Below are positions 55,831 through 64,000 of a stretch of 64,000 nt of DNA, piece by piece (the stretch's first letter is position 1; each line of letters begins with the position of its first letter). The notes beneath the pieces were generated by a model, which saw only the letters and a list, made by a program, of their open reading frames with translations, did no database searches and was not told the DNA's origin. The position numbers and the translations under genes were made by a program. The DNA comes from Actinomycetota bacterium (GTDB lineage Bacteria > Actinomycetota > Acidimicrobiia > Spongiisociales > ZC4RG35): the NCBI GenBank assembly GCA_046537785.1, contig JBKHKD010000007.1:10832-74831 (forward strand), written 5' to 3'.

Positions 55831-55862
55831 GAGAGGGCCCCGGAATCTTCCGGGGCCCTCTC
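55831..55862. terminator. bidirectional hairpin between convergent genes
   Basis: A 13-bp perfect stem (GAGAGGGCCCCGG / CCGGGGCCCTCTC) has a 6-nt loop. Confidence 0.7.
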
Positions 55863-55878
55863 TCATGCCTGGACCGGC

Positions 55879-56616
55879 CTACTTGGCCCTGCCGAGTGTT
55901 CCCAGGTAGAGGTCGATGACGTTGGGGTCGTGGAGGAGCTCGCGGCCCGTGCCCGTGTAGGCGTTCTTGCCCTGGTCGAGGACGTAGGCGCGGTCGGCGA
56001 TCTGAAGGCACCGCCTCGCGTTCTGCTCCACCATCAGAATTGAGACACCTGCCTCGCCAATCGTCTTCACTCTCTCGAACACGGTGTCCTGGGCTTGGGG
56101 GGCAAGGCCGGCGGACGGCTCGTCCAGCAGCAGCAGCGACGGTGACATCATCAGGGCGCGGCAAATGGCAACCATCTGCCGTTCACCGCCGGAAAGGAAG
56201 CCCGCCCGTTGATCAGAGCGTTCCTTGACGAGGGGGAATAGGTCAACGACGGCGGCGAACCGCTCTTCCCAGGCGTCCGGGCGCAAATAGAGTCCCATGC
56301 GCAGATTTTCTTCGACAGAGAGTGAGGGGAAGACATTGGCCCGTTGCGGCACATATCCGATGCCTTGGGAGACCAGGTCGTGCGGAGGGGTGTTCGTTAT
56401 GTCTTCTCCCGCGCACGCGACTGAGCCCGATCGCACCGGCACCAACCCGAACACGGCTTTGATGAACGTCGACTTCCCTGCCCCATTGGGGCCGATCATC
56501 CCGACGATCTCCCCCTCGGTGAGTGTCAGGTCGACTCCTCTGAGGATGTCGACCTCGGGTACGTAGCCGGCGACGATGCCTCGAGCTTCGAGGAGCGGCG
56601 ATTGCTCTTCGTTCAT
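55879..56616 (-). CDS. livF: branched-chain amino-acid ABC ATP-binding protein (LivF type)
   Basis: It has GPNGAGKST and LSGGERQM. I trimmed to the ATG at 56616, which overlaps the livG stop. Confidence 0.88.
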   Translation of the reverse strand: MNEEQSPLLEARGIVAGYVPEVDILRGVDLTLTEGEIVGMIGPNGAGKSTFIKAVFGLVPVRSGSVACAGEDITNTPPHDLVSQGIGYVPQRANVFPSLSVEENLRMGLYLRPDAWEERFAAVVDLFPLVKERSDQRAGFLSGGERQMVAICRALMMSPSLLLLDEPSAGLAPQAQDTVFERVKTIGEAGVSILMVEQNARRCLQIADRAYVLDQGKNAYTGTGRELLHDPNVIDLYLGTLGRAK

Positions 56617-57443
56617 GATGCCGCCTCCCCGTGATGTTCTCCTAGATAGGCATCGATCACCACCGGATTGCCGGCGATGCCCGCGGGACGATCCTCGGCG
56701 ATCACCTTGCCCTCGGCCATGACCACCACCCAATGCGAGATCTCCTGGACGACATCCATGTCGTGCTCGACGAACACGACTGTGGCGCCTTCCGATTGGA
56801 GACCCGTGATGTGTTCGAGGAGGTTCTGGGTCAATGCCGGGTTTATGCCGGCCATGGGCTCGTCGAGCATGATCAGCTCGGGCTCAACCATGAGAGCTCG
56901 AGCCAGTTCGAGCAGCTTTCGCTGTCCTCCGGAGAGCGACCCGGCGTACTCGCCGGCCATGTGGCTCAGGCCGAAGCGCTCCAACAGTCGCTCGGCGCGT
57001 TCAGCGGCGGACTGCTCCCCGTCTCTCCAGCCGCCGAGAGCGGCCCGCCACAACGATTCGCCGGGGTTGTCCACGTCGGCGAGCATCACATTCTCCTTCA
57101 CGGTGAGCCGGGGCATGGCCCGGGTCAACTGGAAGGTTCGCACCATGCCCTTGCGGGCGACCTGATAGGCAGGGATCCCTACGAGGGGGCCTCCGTTGAG
57201 TTGCCAGGTCCCTTTGTCGGGATGGTCGAACCCGGTGAGGAGGTTGAAGAACGTGGTCTTGCCCGCACCGTTGGGACCTATCAATGCGGTGACAGTGTTG
57301 CGCTGCACTTCGAGGTGGTCGACGTCGACTGCTTTCAGCCCGCCGAAGGACCGTTGCACGTTGTCGACGACGAGTATGGGGTCGGGCTTCGAGACACCGG
57401 GCTCAGATGCCACGGTCGCTAGGGAGTCGGGGGTGTCAGGCAT
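56613..57443 (-). CDS. livG: branched-chain amino-acid ABC ATP-binding protein (LivG type)
   Basis: It has GPNGAGKTT and LSGGQRKLLE. Confidence 0.88.
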   Translation of the reverse strand: MPDTPDSLATVASEPGVSKPDPILVVDNVQRSFGGLKAVDVDHLEVQRNTVTALIGPNGAGKTTFFNLLTGFDHPDKGTWQLNGGPLVGIPAYQVARKGMVRTFQLTRAMPRLTVKENVMLADVDNPGESLWRAALGGWRDGEQSAAERAERLLERFGLSHMAGEYAGSLSGGQRKLLELARALMVEPELIMLDEPMAGINPALTQNLLEHITGLQSEGATVVFVEHDMDVVQEISHWVVVMAEGKVIAEDRPAGIAGNPVVIDAYLGEHHGEAAS

Positions 57444-58425
57444 CGATCGCTGCCTCCTCTCTGTTGCCCAAAATCCCCTGGGGACGGAACACCAGTAGCG
57501 CGATCAGCGCAACGCCCACGAGCACGAAACGCATCTGTCCGGCTCCAGCGGGATCGAGGATGGCTCCCACCCAGTCGACATTGCGCTGGGCCTCCCGCAT
57601 CATCGTGTCGAAGAAGAAAAAGAAGAACTGAAACACGATTGCTCCAACCAAGGGGCCCCAGATGGTCCCAGTCCCGCCGAGAATCATGACGACGAAGAGG
57701 ATGAACGTGAGTTGTGGGAGGAAGTTGTCCGGTGTGACGTTCTGTTGCTCGATGGCGATGAGGATTCCACCCATGGCGCCGAGCGCTCCGCCGAGGGTCA
57801 GGGCTTGGAGCTTGACCGCGAACACGTTCTTGCCAAGGCTCCGCGAGGCATCCTCGTCTTCACGAATGGCCCGGACCAGTCGGCCCCAGGGGCTCTTGAT
57901 CAGCCTGCGCGAGATCAGGATCAGGACCACAACCAGGGTCCAGCCGACGAGCATCACCCACAGTCGTCGACCGGTTATGTCGATCGGTCCGAGGTTGAAT
58001 AGCGCCGAGGCACCGAACGGGTTAAGCGCATGGAACTCGGAGGCGAAACCCTGGATACCGAAAACCCCGCCTGTCACCGGTCGGGTCACCGGAGACCGGA
58101 TCAGAAAACGCAGAGATTCGGCAGCAGCGATCGTGGTTATGGCCAGATAGTCGGCGCGCAGCCGGAGTGTGGGTATACCGAGGAGAAGGCCAAGGACCAC
58201 TGCCGCCCCGATGCCAACGGCGATGCCGAGCCACATCGAGCCACCGGCTGCGACCGTGGCTGCCATCCCGTAGGCACCCATCATCATGAAAGCGACATGG
58301 CCGAAGTTGAGTAGGCCTGTGTACCCGAACTGGAGGTTCAGTCCGATGGTCGAGATGGCATAAGCTGCTCCTATGGGGCCTATCGCGGCAATGAGGCCGT
58401 TCGAGAATGCATCGCCCCAGTCCAT
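57436..58425 (-). CDS. livM: branched-chain amino-acid ABC permease (LivM type)
   Basis: It is a polytopic permease and sits in the operon. Confidence 0.85.
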   Translation of the reverse strand: MDWGDAFSNGLIAAIGPIGAAYAISTIGLNLQFGYTGLLNFGHVAFMMMGAYGMAATVAAGGSMWLGIAVGIGAAVVLGLLLGIPTLRLRADYLAITTIAAAESLRFLIRSPVTRPVTGGVFGIQGFASEFHALNPFGASALFNLGPIDITGRRLWVMLVGWTLVVVLILISRRLIKSPWGRLVRAIREDEDASRSLGKNVFAVKLQALTLGGALGAMGGILIAIEQQNVTPDNFLPQLTFILFVVMILGGTGTIWGPLVGAIVFQFFFFFFDTMMREAQRNVDWVGAILDPAGAGQMRFVLVGVALIALLVFRPQGILGNREEAAIDA

Positions 58426-59708
58426 CAGCCGACCCGCTCCCTGACGCCCAAAATCCCCTGTGGACGCACCAACAGCACGATGATGAGAAGACCCAGACCC
58501 ACCACGTTCTTGATCTCAGTGGGGATGAAGAGGGTGCTCATCTCCACGGCTATCCCCACCACGAAGCCGCCGACCATGGCGCCGTACGCGGTGCCCAGGC
58601 CACCCAGGATGACGGCGGCGAACATGAGAAGCAGCAGCCGGAATCCCATGTCCCATTGCACCGACTCGGTTAGACCGAAGAACACCCCGCCGATGGCAGC
58701 CAGGGCAGCGCCCAGGGTCCAGGTGAGGGCGATGACCTTGTTCACGTTGATTCCCGACGACTCGGAGAGGTCAGGGCTGTCCCGGACTGCCCGCAAAGCT
58801 GTCCCGGCCCGGGTCTTTTCGAGGAACAGGCCAACCCCGACGAGGATGATCAGGGAGACGACGATGGTCACCACCTGCTTGGGCACCAGCGAGAAACCGA
58901 GAAACTGCACTGCGCCCTGTCCGGCGTATCCCGGATAGGCGCGAGGCAGTCCCCCGTAGAAGATGAGGATCAGGAAGCGGATGACGAAGCTGAGGCCGAT
59001 CGAGATCACGATCATGGAGATGAGACCCATGCCCCTCCGTCGCAACGGATGCCACAGGACCTTTTCCTGGCCCCAACCGAGGGCCGCCCCCAACAAGATC
59101 GCTGGTATCGCTGCCAGGACCAGGGGCCATTCCAGACCCGCGGCGTGGAAGAAGAACGCAACCACCGCCCCGAAGCTCACCAGCTCTCCGTGGGAGAAGT
59201 TGACCAGCCCGGTCACGCCGAAGACGAGAGACAGCCCCACCGAGGACAGTGCGATGATCGCCCCCAACTTGAGTCCGGTGACGAAGAGCGAGGCGAGCCT
59301 GCTGTAGGTGGACACCCCGCCAGCCGAGCCTTCACCGAGTTGAAAGATGACCTGTCGGGTCTGGCCCTCCCTAATGCTGATGTCGGTCAGTTCCGTACGT
59401 TCCGGGTCGGTCGGCTCGACTCCGACCGGAAGCGTGTCGACCTGGAGTGCGACGTCATACTCTCCGGCTCCAGGGAGTGGCACCTCCCATATTCCGTCTG
59501 GTCCGGATGTCCCCGTCCCGATCTCGTCCCCGTTCTCGGTGACCACGAAGACCACGCCTTCCACGGGAACCCGTTCCTCTCCCTCGGGGCGGGTGAGTGT
59601 CCCACCGATGGAGGTGTCGCTCTCCTGGGCCAGGGCGGGCAGAGCTGCAGGCAGGCAGAGGGCAAGGAGGATGAGAATGCCTATGACTGAACGAGCTGGT
59701 CTGCCCAC
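58425..59708 (-). CDS. livH: branched-chain amino-acid ABC permease (LivH type) with N-terminal secreted beta-domain extension
   Basis: A signal peptide and a ~110-aa domain (GTLTRPEGEERVPVEGVVFVVTENGDEIGTGTSGPDGIWEVPLPGAGEYDV), CarboxypepD_reg-like, precede the permease core. Confidence 0.85.
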   Translation of the reverse strand: MGRPARSVIGILILLALCLPAALPALAQESDTSIGGTLTRPEGEERVPVEGVVFVVTENGDEIGTGTSGPDGIWEVPLPGAGEYDVALQVDTLPVGVEPTDPERTELTDISIREGQTRQVIFQLGEGSAGGVSTYSRLASLFVTGLKLGAIIALSSVGLSLVFGVTGLVNFSHGELVSFGAVVAFFFHAAGLEWPLVLAAIPAILLGAALGWGQEKVLWHPLRRRGMGLISMIVISIGLSFVIRFLILIFYGGLPRAYPGYAGQGAVQFLGFSLVPKQVVTIVVSLIILVGVGLFLEKTRAGTALRAVRDSPDLSESSGINVNKVIALTWTLGAALAAIGGVFFGLTESVQWDMGFRLLLLMFAAVILGGLGTAYGAMVGGFVVGIAVEMSTLFIPTEIKNVVGLGLLIIVLLVRPQGILGVRERVG

Positions 59709-59802
59709 GGTGCCGGGAGTCTAGACGGCGACCGACGGGATCCGTTGGGGCGTCCGGGAAGTTGGGGAACCGGCTCCGGCGTCCGATGCGTAACGTTCGC
59801 AC

Positions 59803-60888
59803 ATGACGTCCAAATCGATGGTTGTCGAGGACGGGGTCGAAGAGACGAGACCTCCACGCCGGCCACGCCCACATTGGATCCTCGTCGCCGTCGGTCTCGG
59901 GCTTGGTTTCACGATGGGCACATTGGTCACCACCGGGCCGGACCTCGGCGAAGAGGCAACGACAACCCAAACCAGTGTCGCCGAACAGCTGTCATCGCCC
60001 GACTCGGCCGGGATCTCCTCGGTGGTGCCCGACTTTCCTGACGCACTGGTGGCGGTGGGAGGCGGGGTCGGAGCCGGTGTCGAAGTGTGGCACTGGCCGA
60101 GTGACGGTCCACTCGTCACGGGAGGGCTCACCGACGGGGAGGGGGTCAGGTTCGATGCCACGGGCCAGTTCGTTGCGGTCACCGAGCCGATACCCGGTCT
60201 TCAGGGCTATTTGTTGTCGATGGGACGCTTCAACAGGATCATGCCGGTTCGCTCAGGGGTGACCAGCTTCGCCTGGCACGACTCTCGTTCAGGTGAGGTG
60301 GCGTTCACCACCGAGGATGAGGGCCGCTGGCAGCTGTACCGCGCTGCGAGAACTCTCGTGCCCCAAATCGTCCTGGACGGTAGGTTCGAGACGGGCTCGG
60401 TAATCGCCTGGGGTGAGTGGGGATATGCCATCCAGATCGAGGACGAGCAGGTGGCGCTCGTGAACGCGGAGGGCGAGTTCAAGGACTTCGAAGAAGGCGA
60501 GGCGTACGCGTCCCATGAGTCGGGGTGGGTGTTCATGACCGACCAAGATCTGAAGATCGTGTCGGCCGGCGGCGGGGTACGGCGATTGATCCCACTGCCG
60601 GACCGGCTGGATCCGATCTCGGCGGCCTCTTTCTCCCCCGACGCGTCGAAGGTGGTCATGGCGGGGCGCTTCGGAGTTGTCGTCCTCGACCGTGATACGG
60701 AAGAACTCATCGAGCTCTCGCCGGCCATCCCCGGAGATTGGATCACCTGGTCGTCTGACTCCCGTTTCGTTCTGGCTCCGGCCCAAAGCGGTATCTACGT
60801 CCACGATCTGAAGACGGGGGATACCCACCACGTTCTCACTGGTCGGTCGGTGGCGGCCGCTTCGGCATTCCCGTCCGGTGTTTCCTAA
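59803..60888 (+). CDS. membrane-anchored beta-propeller-like hypothetical protein
   Basis: It has an N-terminal TM followed by beta-rich repeats (TolB/WD40-like in appearance). The family is not confidently recognised. Confidence 0.5.
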   Translation: MTSKSMVVEDGVEETRPPRRPRPHWILVAVGLGLGFTMGTLVTTGPDLGEEATTTQTSVAEQLSSPDSAGISSVVPDFPDALVAVGGGVGAGVEVWHWPSDGPLVTGGLTDGEGVRFDATGQFVAVTEPIPGLQGYLLSMGRFNRIMPVRSGVTSFAWHDSRSGEVAFTTEDEGRWQLYRAARTLVPQIVLDGRFETGSVIAWGEWGYAIQIEDEQVALVNAEGEFKDFEEGEAYASHESGWVFMTDQDLKIVSAGGGVRRLIPLPDRLDPISAASFSPDASKVVMAGRFGVVVLDRDTEELIELSPAIPGDWITWSSDSRFVLAPAQSGIYVHDLKTGDTHHVLTGRSVAAASAFPSGVS

Positions 60889-60898
60889 AGTCCGACCA

Positions 60899-61651
60899 AT
60901 GGCTGGACCTGGACCCACAGAAGAGCTGGCACCCAAGGACTCCTATCTCTCGACCGCCGAGGGACATGTTCTGGAAGTGACCGACGGCGGTCTTTTCCTC
61001 GACCGAACTGTTTTCTACGCCCGGGGCGGGGGACAGCCGGGAGATGTCGGGACGATCACCTGGGACGGTGGGTCGGTCGAGGTCATCGACACCGTCCGCA
61101 AGGACGGAAAGCCGTTGCACGTGGTGGCCGACGGGTCGCTTTTACCTGATCCGGGCACGCCCGTCGAGGGGGTGATCGACTGGGATCGCCGCTACACGAC
61201 GATGCGGACCCACACCGCCCTCCACGCGCTGTCGGGTGTGGTATATCGAGATTATGGAGCGAAGGTCACCGGCGGGAATATGACTCCCGGGGAGGCCCGT
61301 ATGGACTTCGAGCTCGAGGGCATCTCGATGGAATTCGGGAAGGAAGTGGAGCGCATACTCAACGAGGAGTTGGTGAAGGGCTATCCCACCGAGATCATCA
61401 CGATGGCCCGGGAGATCGCCCTCCAGGACCCCGACCTGATACGCACGAAGGTCAACCTAATACCCGAGTTCGTGAAGGAGATCAGGGTCGTCGACATCAA
61501 GGGTCTTGATCGGCAGGCCGACGGGGGTACCCACGTGAAGTCGACACTCGAGGTCGGACGCATCGAGGTGGTCAAGACGGAATCGAAGGGCAAGGCCAAC
61601 AAGCGTATGCGCATCCGGGTCGTCGATCCCGGTTCCGGGATCGACGAGTAG
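60899..61651 (+). CDS. alanyl-tRNA editing protein (AlaX-M like)
   Basis: It has HxxxH (HTALHAL) and a second motif that reads DGGTH where CGGTH is usual. The start is ATG 60899 or GTG 60878. Confidence 0.8.
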   Translation: MAGPGPTEELAPKDSYLSTAEGHVLEVTDGGLFLDRTVFYARGGGQPGDVGTITWDGGSVEVIDTVRKDGKPLHVVADGSLLPDPGTPVEGVIDWDRRYTTMRTHTALHALSGVVYRDYGAKVTGGNMTPGEARMDFELEGISMEFGKEVERILNEELVKGYPTEIITMAREIALQDPDLIRTKVNLIPEFVKEIRVVDIKGLDRQADGGTHVKSTLEVGRIEVVKTESKGKANKRMRIRVVDPGSGIDE

Positions 61652-61653
61652 AG

Positions 61654-61716
61654 AGTATCGAGTACTGAGTATCGAGATACCGGGGTCTCGATACTCGATA
61701 CCCGATACTCGATACT
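61654..61716. repeat. nested AT-rich palindrome built from GAGTATCGAG units
   Basis: The inner 11-bp stem pairs 61667-61677 with 61686-61696. The outer 11-bp stem pairs 61654-61664 with 61706-61716. It may act as a terminator for the upstream gene. Confidence 0.6.
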
Positions 61717-61720
61717 TCAG

Positions 61721-62677
61721 ATGATCGACTTCTTACTGGGAATCGCACTCGCGGCCATGCTCGTTCGAGGGTGGCTACGCGGATTCGTACGCGAAGCCCT
61801 CGACCTGGTGGGTCTCGTTGTGGGGCTTTGGCTCGCCTTTCGTCTCTCGGCGCCTTTTGGCGACTTCCTCACCGACAGCTTCGGGGTCAGCCCCGAAGTC
61901 GGTCGGATCGGGGGAGGGGTGCTTCTCTTTCTCCTGTTCGGCGCGTTGCTGAGTGTGGCCGCCCACTATCTGTCCAAGGTGATGAACCTTCCCGGGCTCT
62001 CGATGGTCAACCGGGTGGGTGGTGCGGCCGTCGCTGTCGGATGGGGGGTCGTCGTCGTTCTCATCGCAGTGAGCCTGGCGTCGGTGCTACCGCTGCCTGA
62101 TACCTGGCGCGAGGAGCTGGAGGAGTCCAACGTGGTTGAGCTCATCGCATCAGACGACGCGGTTTCGCGCCGCATCTTCGAGTCGATCGTTGGGGACAAC
62201 GTGATGGCCGCCGTGTCGTCGCTTCGGGATTTGTTCGGATCAACCCGCGCCGTGCCGGAGGAGGGCGAGGTCCTCGATATCCCTCCCGCTCCGGCAGACG
62301 AGATCCGTCAGGCGCGCGAAGAATCTGGACGGGTTGTCGACTCCCTCAACGAAGATAGGGTCGGCTCCGGACTGGGGGCGGTGAGACAGGTGGAGTTGAT
62401 GAACCGGCTCGCCGAGGAGCACGCCGAGGACATATACACCAGCGGTCGGCTGCGGCGGATCGAGGACTGTGCCGCAGCTCTCGCCGAGAGGTCTTACCAG
62501 GTGGCGGCCTGCGCTGATGGAGCGTCTCTGGCGGGAACCAGCGCCGGGGCCTACGAGGGGATCTATGAGTCTGACGACGGCCGGACAATGATCGAGACGC
62601 CGCGTTACGACCGGGTCGGGGTCGCGGTTGTCGACGGTCCGACGGGAAGGCTGGTCGTGATCATCCTTGCGGGGTAG
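61721..62677 (+). CDS. CvpA-family membrane domain fused to C-terminal CAP/SCP (YkwD-like) domain
   Basis: The N-terminus has 4 TM helices of CvpA type. The C-terminus (LNEDRVGSGLGAV...LAEEHAEDI...RYDRVGVAVV) is CAP-like. Confidence 0.65.
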   Translation: MIDFLLGIALAAMLVRGWLRGFVREALDLVGLVVGLWLAFRLSAPFGDFLTDSFGVSPEVGRIGGGVLLFLLFGALLSVAAHYLSKVMNLPGLSMVNRVGGAAVAVGWGVVVVLIAVSLASVLPLPDTWREELEESNVVELIASDDAVSRRIFESIVGDNVMAAVSSLRDLFGSTRAVPEEGEVLDIPPAPADEIRQAREESGRVVDSLNEDRVGSGLGAVRQVELMNRLAEEHAEDIYTSGRLRRIEDCAAALAERSYQVAACADGASLAGTSAGAYEGIYESDDGRTMIETPRYDRVGVAVVDGPTGRLVVIILAG

Positions 62678-63590
62678 GGGCTGCCTGTTGGCTCACCGGT
62701 GCCCGGCGCGCCCTGATCAGGGCAACGAACGCCACGCCTGAGAGCACGATCACTGCTCCCACGATCTGGAGCGCCGACGGTCTCTCGTCAAAGATCAGGG
62801 CTCCCCAGAGCAGGGTGAGCGCGGGCTGGAGGAGGATGATCGTCGCCGTCTCCACGGCGGGCAGGCGGGGAAGCGCGTAGCCAATCATCATCCAGCCGAC
62901 GACCTGAGCTCCCATGGCGAGGGCGAAAAGCCACCCGTGAGCCGGCCAGCTCGGCGTCAGGTCGAGCCCGGAGCTGATGAGCCCGAGCACCGTCGCCGCG
63001 AGGAGCATCCCGAAGGTGGCTTCCATGAGGGGACCGGCTCCGGGTGCGTGCGCCTCGTTGGAGCGGCGGAACCCGAGGAAGTAGGTCGCGTAGAAGGTGG
63101 CTGCGACCAGGCCCAGCAACGTCCCCCGTATCGGGTCGACACCGAAAGGATTTCCCTGTCCGAACCCGGACACGAGAGTGACACCGACCAGGATGACCGG
63201 AATCGCCCCCATCGTTGTGTTCCGGGGTCTCTCACCCAGCAAGATCCATGCGCCGATGGCGACGAAGATCACCGAAGTGTTGGCCAGGAGGGTGGCCAGC
63301 CCGGTTCCTATGAACTCAATGGCGGCGTGCCACGCCACGATGTCGGTTCCAAGGGCGGCACCGGCCGCGACTGCCATCCAGCGTCTGCGCATCGGGCGCC
63401 GGTCCTCCTTGCGTCGGACGAGCCACAGCGCGAGGAGCACGGGCAGGGCGTAACCAGCCCGGAAGAAGGCGCCCGTGGTGGCGGACACCTCCGAGAGCGC
63501 GAAGAAGATCGCCGAGAACGAGATCATCACGGCGCCAGCGAGGGCGGCGAAGAGAGTCCAAGGAGTCGACCCTGCGGAATTCGAGGTCAT
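62661..63590 (-). CDS. DMT-superfamily (EamA) transporter
   Basis: It has about 10 TM helices in two EamA-like halves. I trimmed to the ATG at 63590. Confidence 0.8.
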   Translation of the reverse strand: MTSNSAGSTPWTLFAALAGAVMISFSAIFFALSEVSATTGAFFRAGYALPVLLALWLVRRKEDRRPMRRRWMAVAAGAALGTDIVAWHAAIEFIGTGLATLLANTSVIFVAIGAWILLGERPRNTTMGAIPVILVGVTLVSGFGQGNPFGVDPIRGTLLGLVAATFYATYFLGFRRSNEAHAPGAGPLMEATFGMLLAATVLGLISSGLDLTPSWPAHGWLFALAMGAQVVGWMMIGYALPRLPAVETATIILLQPALTLLWGALIFDERPSALQIVGAVIVLSGVAFVALIRARRAPVSQQAAPTPQG

Positions 63591-64000
63591 GCAGCGGCTA
63601 GCTCTCGTAGCTCTTGGAACGAGGTGTGGAGTGCCGACACGAAGTCGTCGGAGTCGGGAAGGGTGTCGTAGTCGGCCTGTATGCCCCACAGGAGGCGGCC
63701 GTCGTAGGAGAACAACGCCACCCCGATTCCGTGCTGGTTCCAGAGTGGGACCATCGGGTAGTTGGCGATCATCTGGGACTCGAGCAGGTACATCGGGAAT
63801 TGGGGGCCGGGAATGTTGGTGACCGTCATGTTGAACGGCCTTATCCGCGGTCCGACGAAGCGACTGGCGAGCGAGAGGAGAGTCATCGGTGTGCCGGAAC
63901 TGAGTTCGACGAGTGTGGCCGCGCCCAGGGCATGGTTGGATCTCTTCAGCTCCGAGGTCGTAGCCCTGATCGCCTCATATCGGGCGGAGGGATCAGGCTC
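63587..64000 (-). CDS. wax ester synthase/diacylglycerol acyltransferase family, C-terminal part (5' end outside window)
   Basis: The frame is open to the window edge. It has the NIPGPQFPMY motif and a typical C-terminal region. Confidence 0.7.
   Translation of the reverse strand, partial: EPDPSARYEAIRATTSELKRSNHALGAATLVELSSGTPMTLLSLASRFVGPRIRPFNMTVTNIPGPQFPMYLLESQMIANYPMVPLWNQHGIGVALFSYDGRLLWGIQADYDTLPDSDDFVSALHTSFQELRELAAA

Overview
This is a high-GC actinobacterial chromosome segment. Gene order follows the conserved backbone known from Mycobacterium and relatives: topA-tmk-holB, sigH-rshA, tilS-hpt-ftsH-folE-folP-folB-folK, panC-lysS-clpC, and radA-disA-carD-ispF-cysS-rlmB. Thr-rich secreted linkers and the absence of panD, coaX, lsr2 and ispD at their usual positions hint at a deeper lineage such as Acidimicrobiia, but that is inference only. 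I can support about 70 protein genes, two tRNA-Thr genes, several hairpin terminators, no rRNA and no CRISPR. The functional blocks are a folate operon, a nucleoside salvage and uptake cluster (ribokinase, nucleoside hydrolase, YhhQ, BMP-type ABC transporter) and a LIV-type amino-acid ABC transporter. The one clear accessory region is a 10.2-kb element integrated into tRNA-Thr(TGT), bounded by perfect 43-bp att repeats at 40974-41016 and 51132-51174. It carries a tyrosine integrase, about 17 short ORFs (most with overlapping start and stop codons), a 4-copy iteron array, an orphan small-terminase-like gene, a 644-aa BNR/LamG protein, an HTTM membrane protein and a self-terminated 3-gene operon of orphan proteins. 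It has no recognisable virion or conjugation genes and resembles a phage-satellite (PICI-like) island. This element is my top candidate for an undescribed system. Other oddities:
- An AbiEi_4-DUF559 gene is bracketed by ~56-bp inverted repeats.
- Ribokinase and nucleoside hydrolase lie in the same frame, separated by a single TGA, with no canonical start codon for the hydrolase.
- folK is fused to an ICMT-like membrane methyltransferase domain.
- A Cys-less phosphatase-like gene sits inside the fol operon.
- AT-rich nested palindromes occupy two intergenic regions.

All family assignments come from motif recognition by eye, not from database searches.
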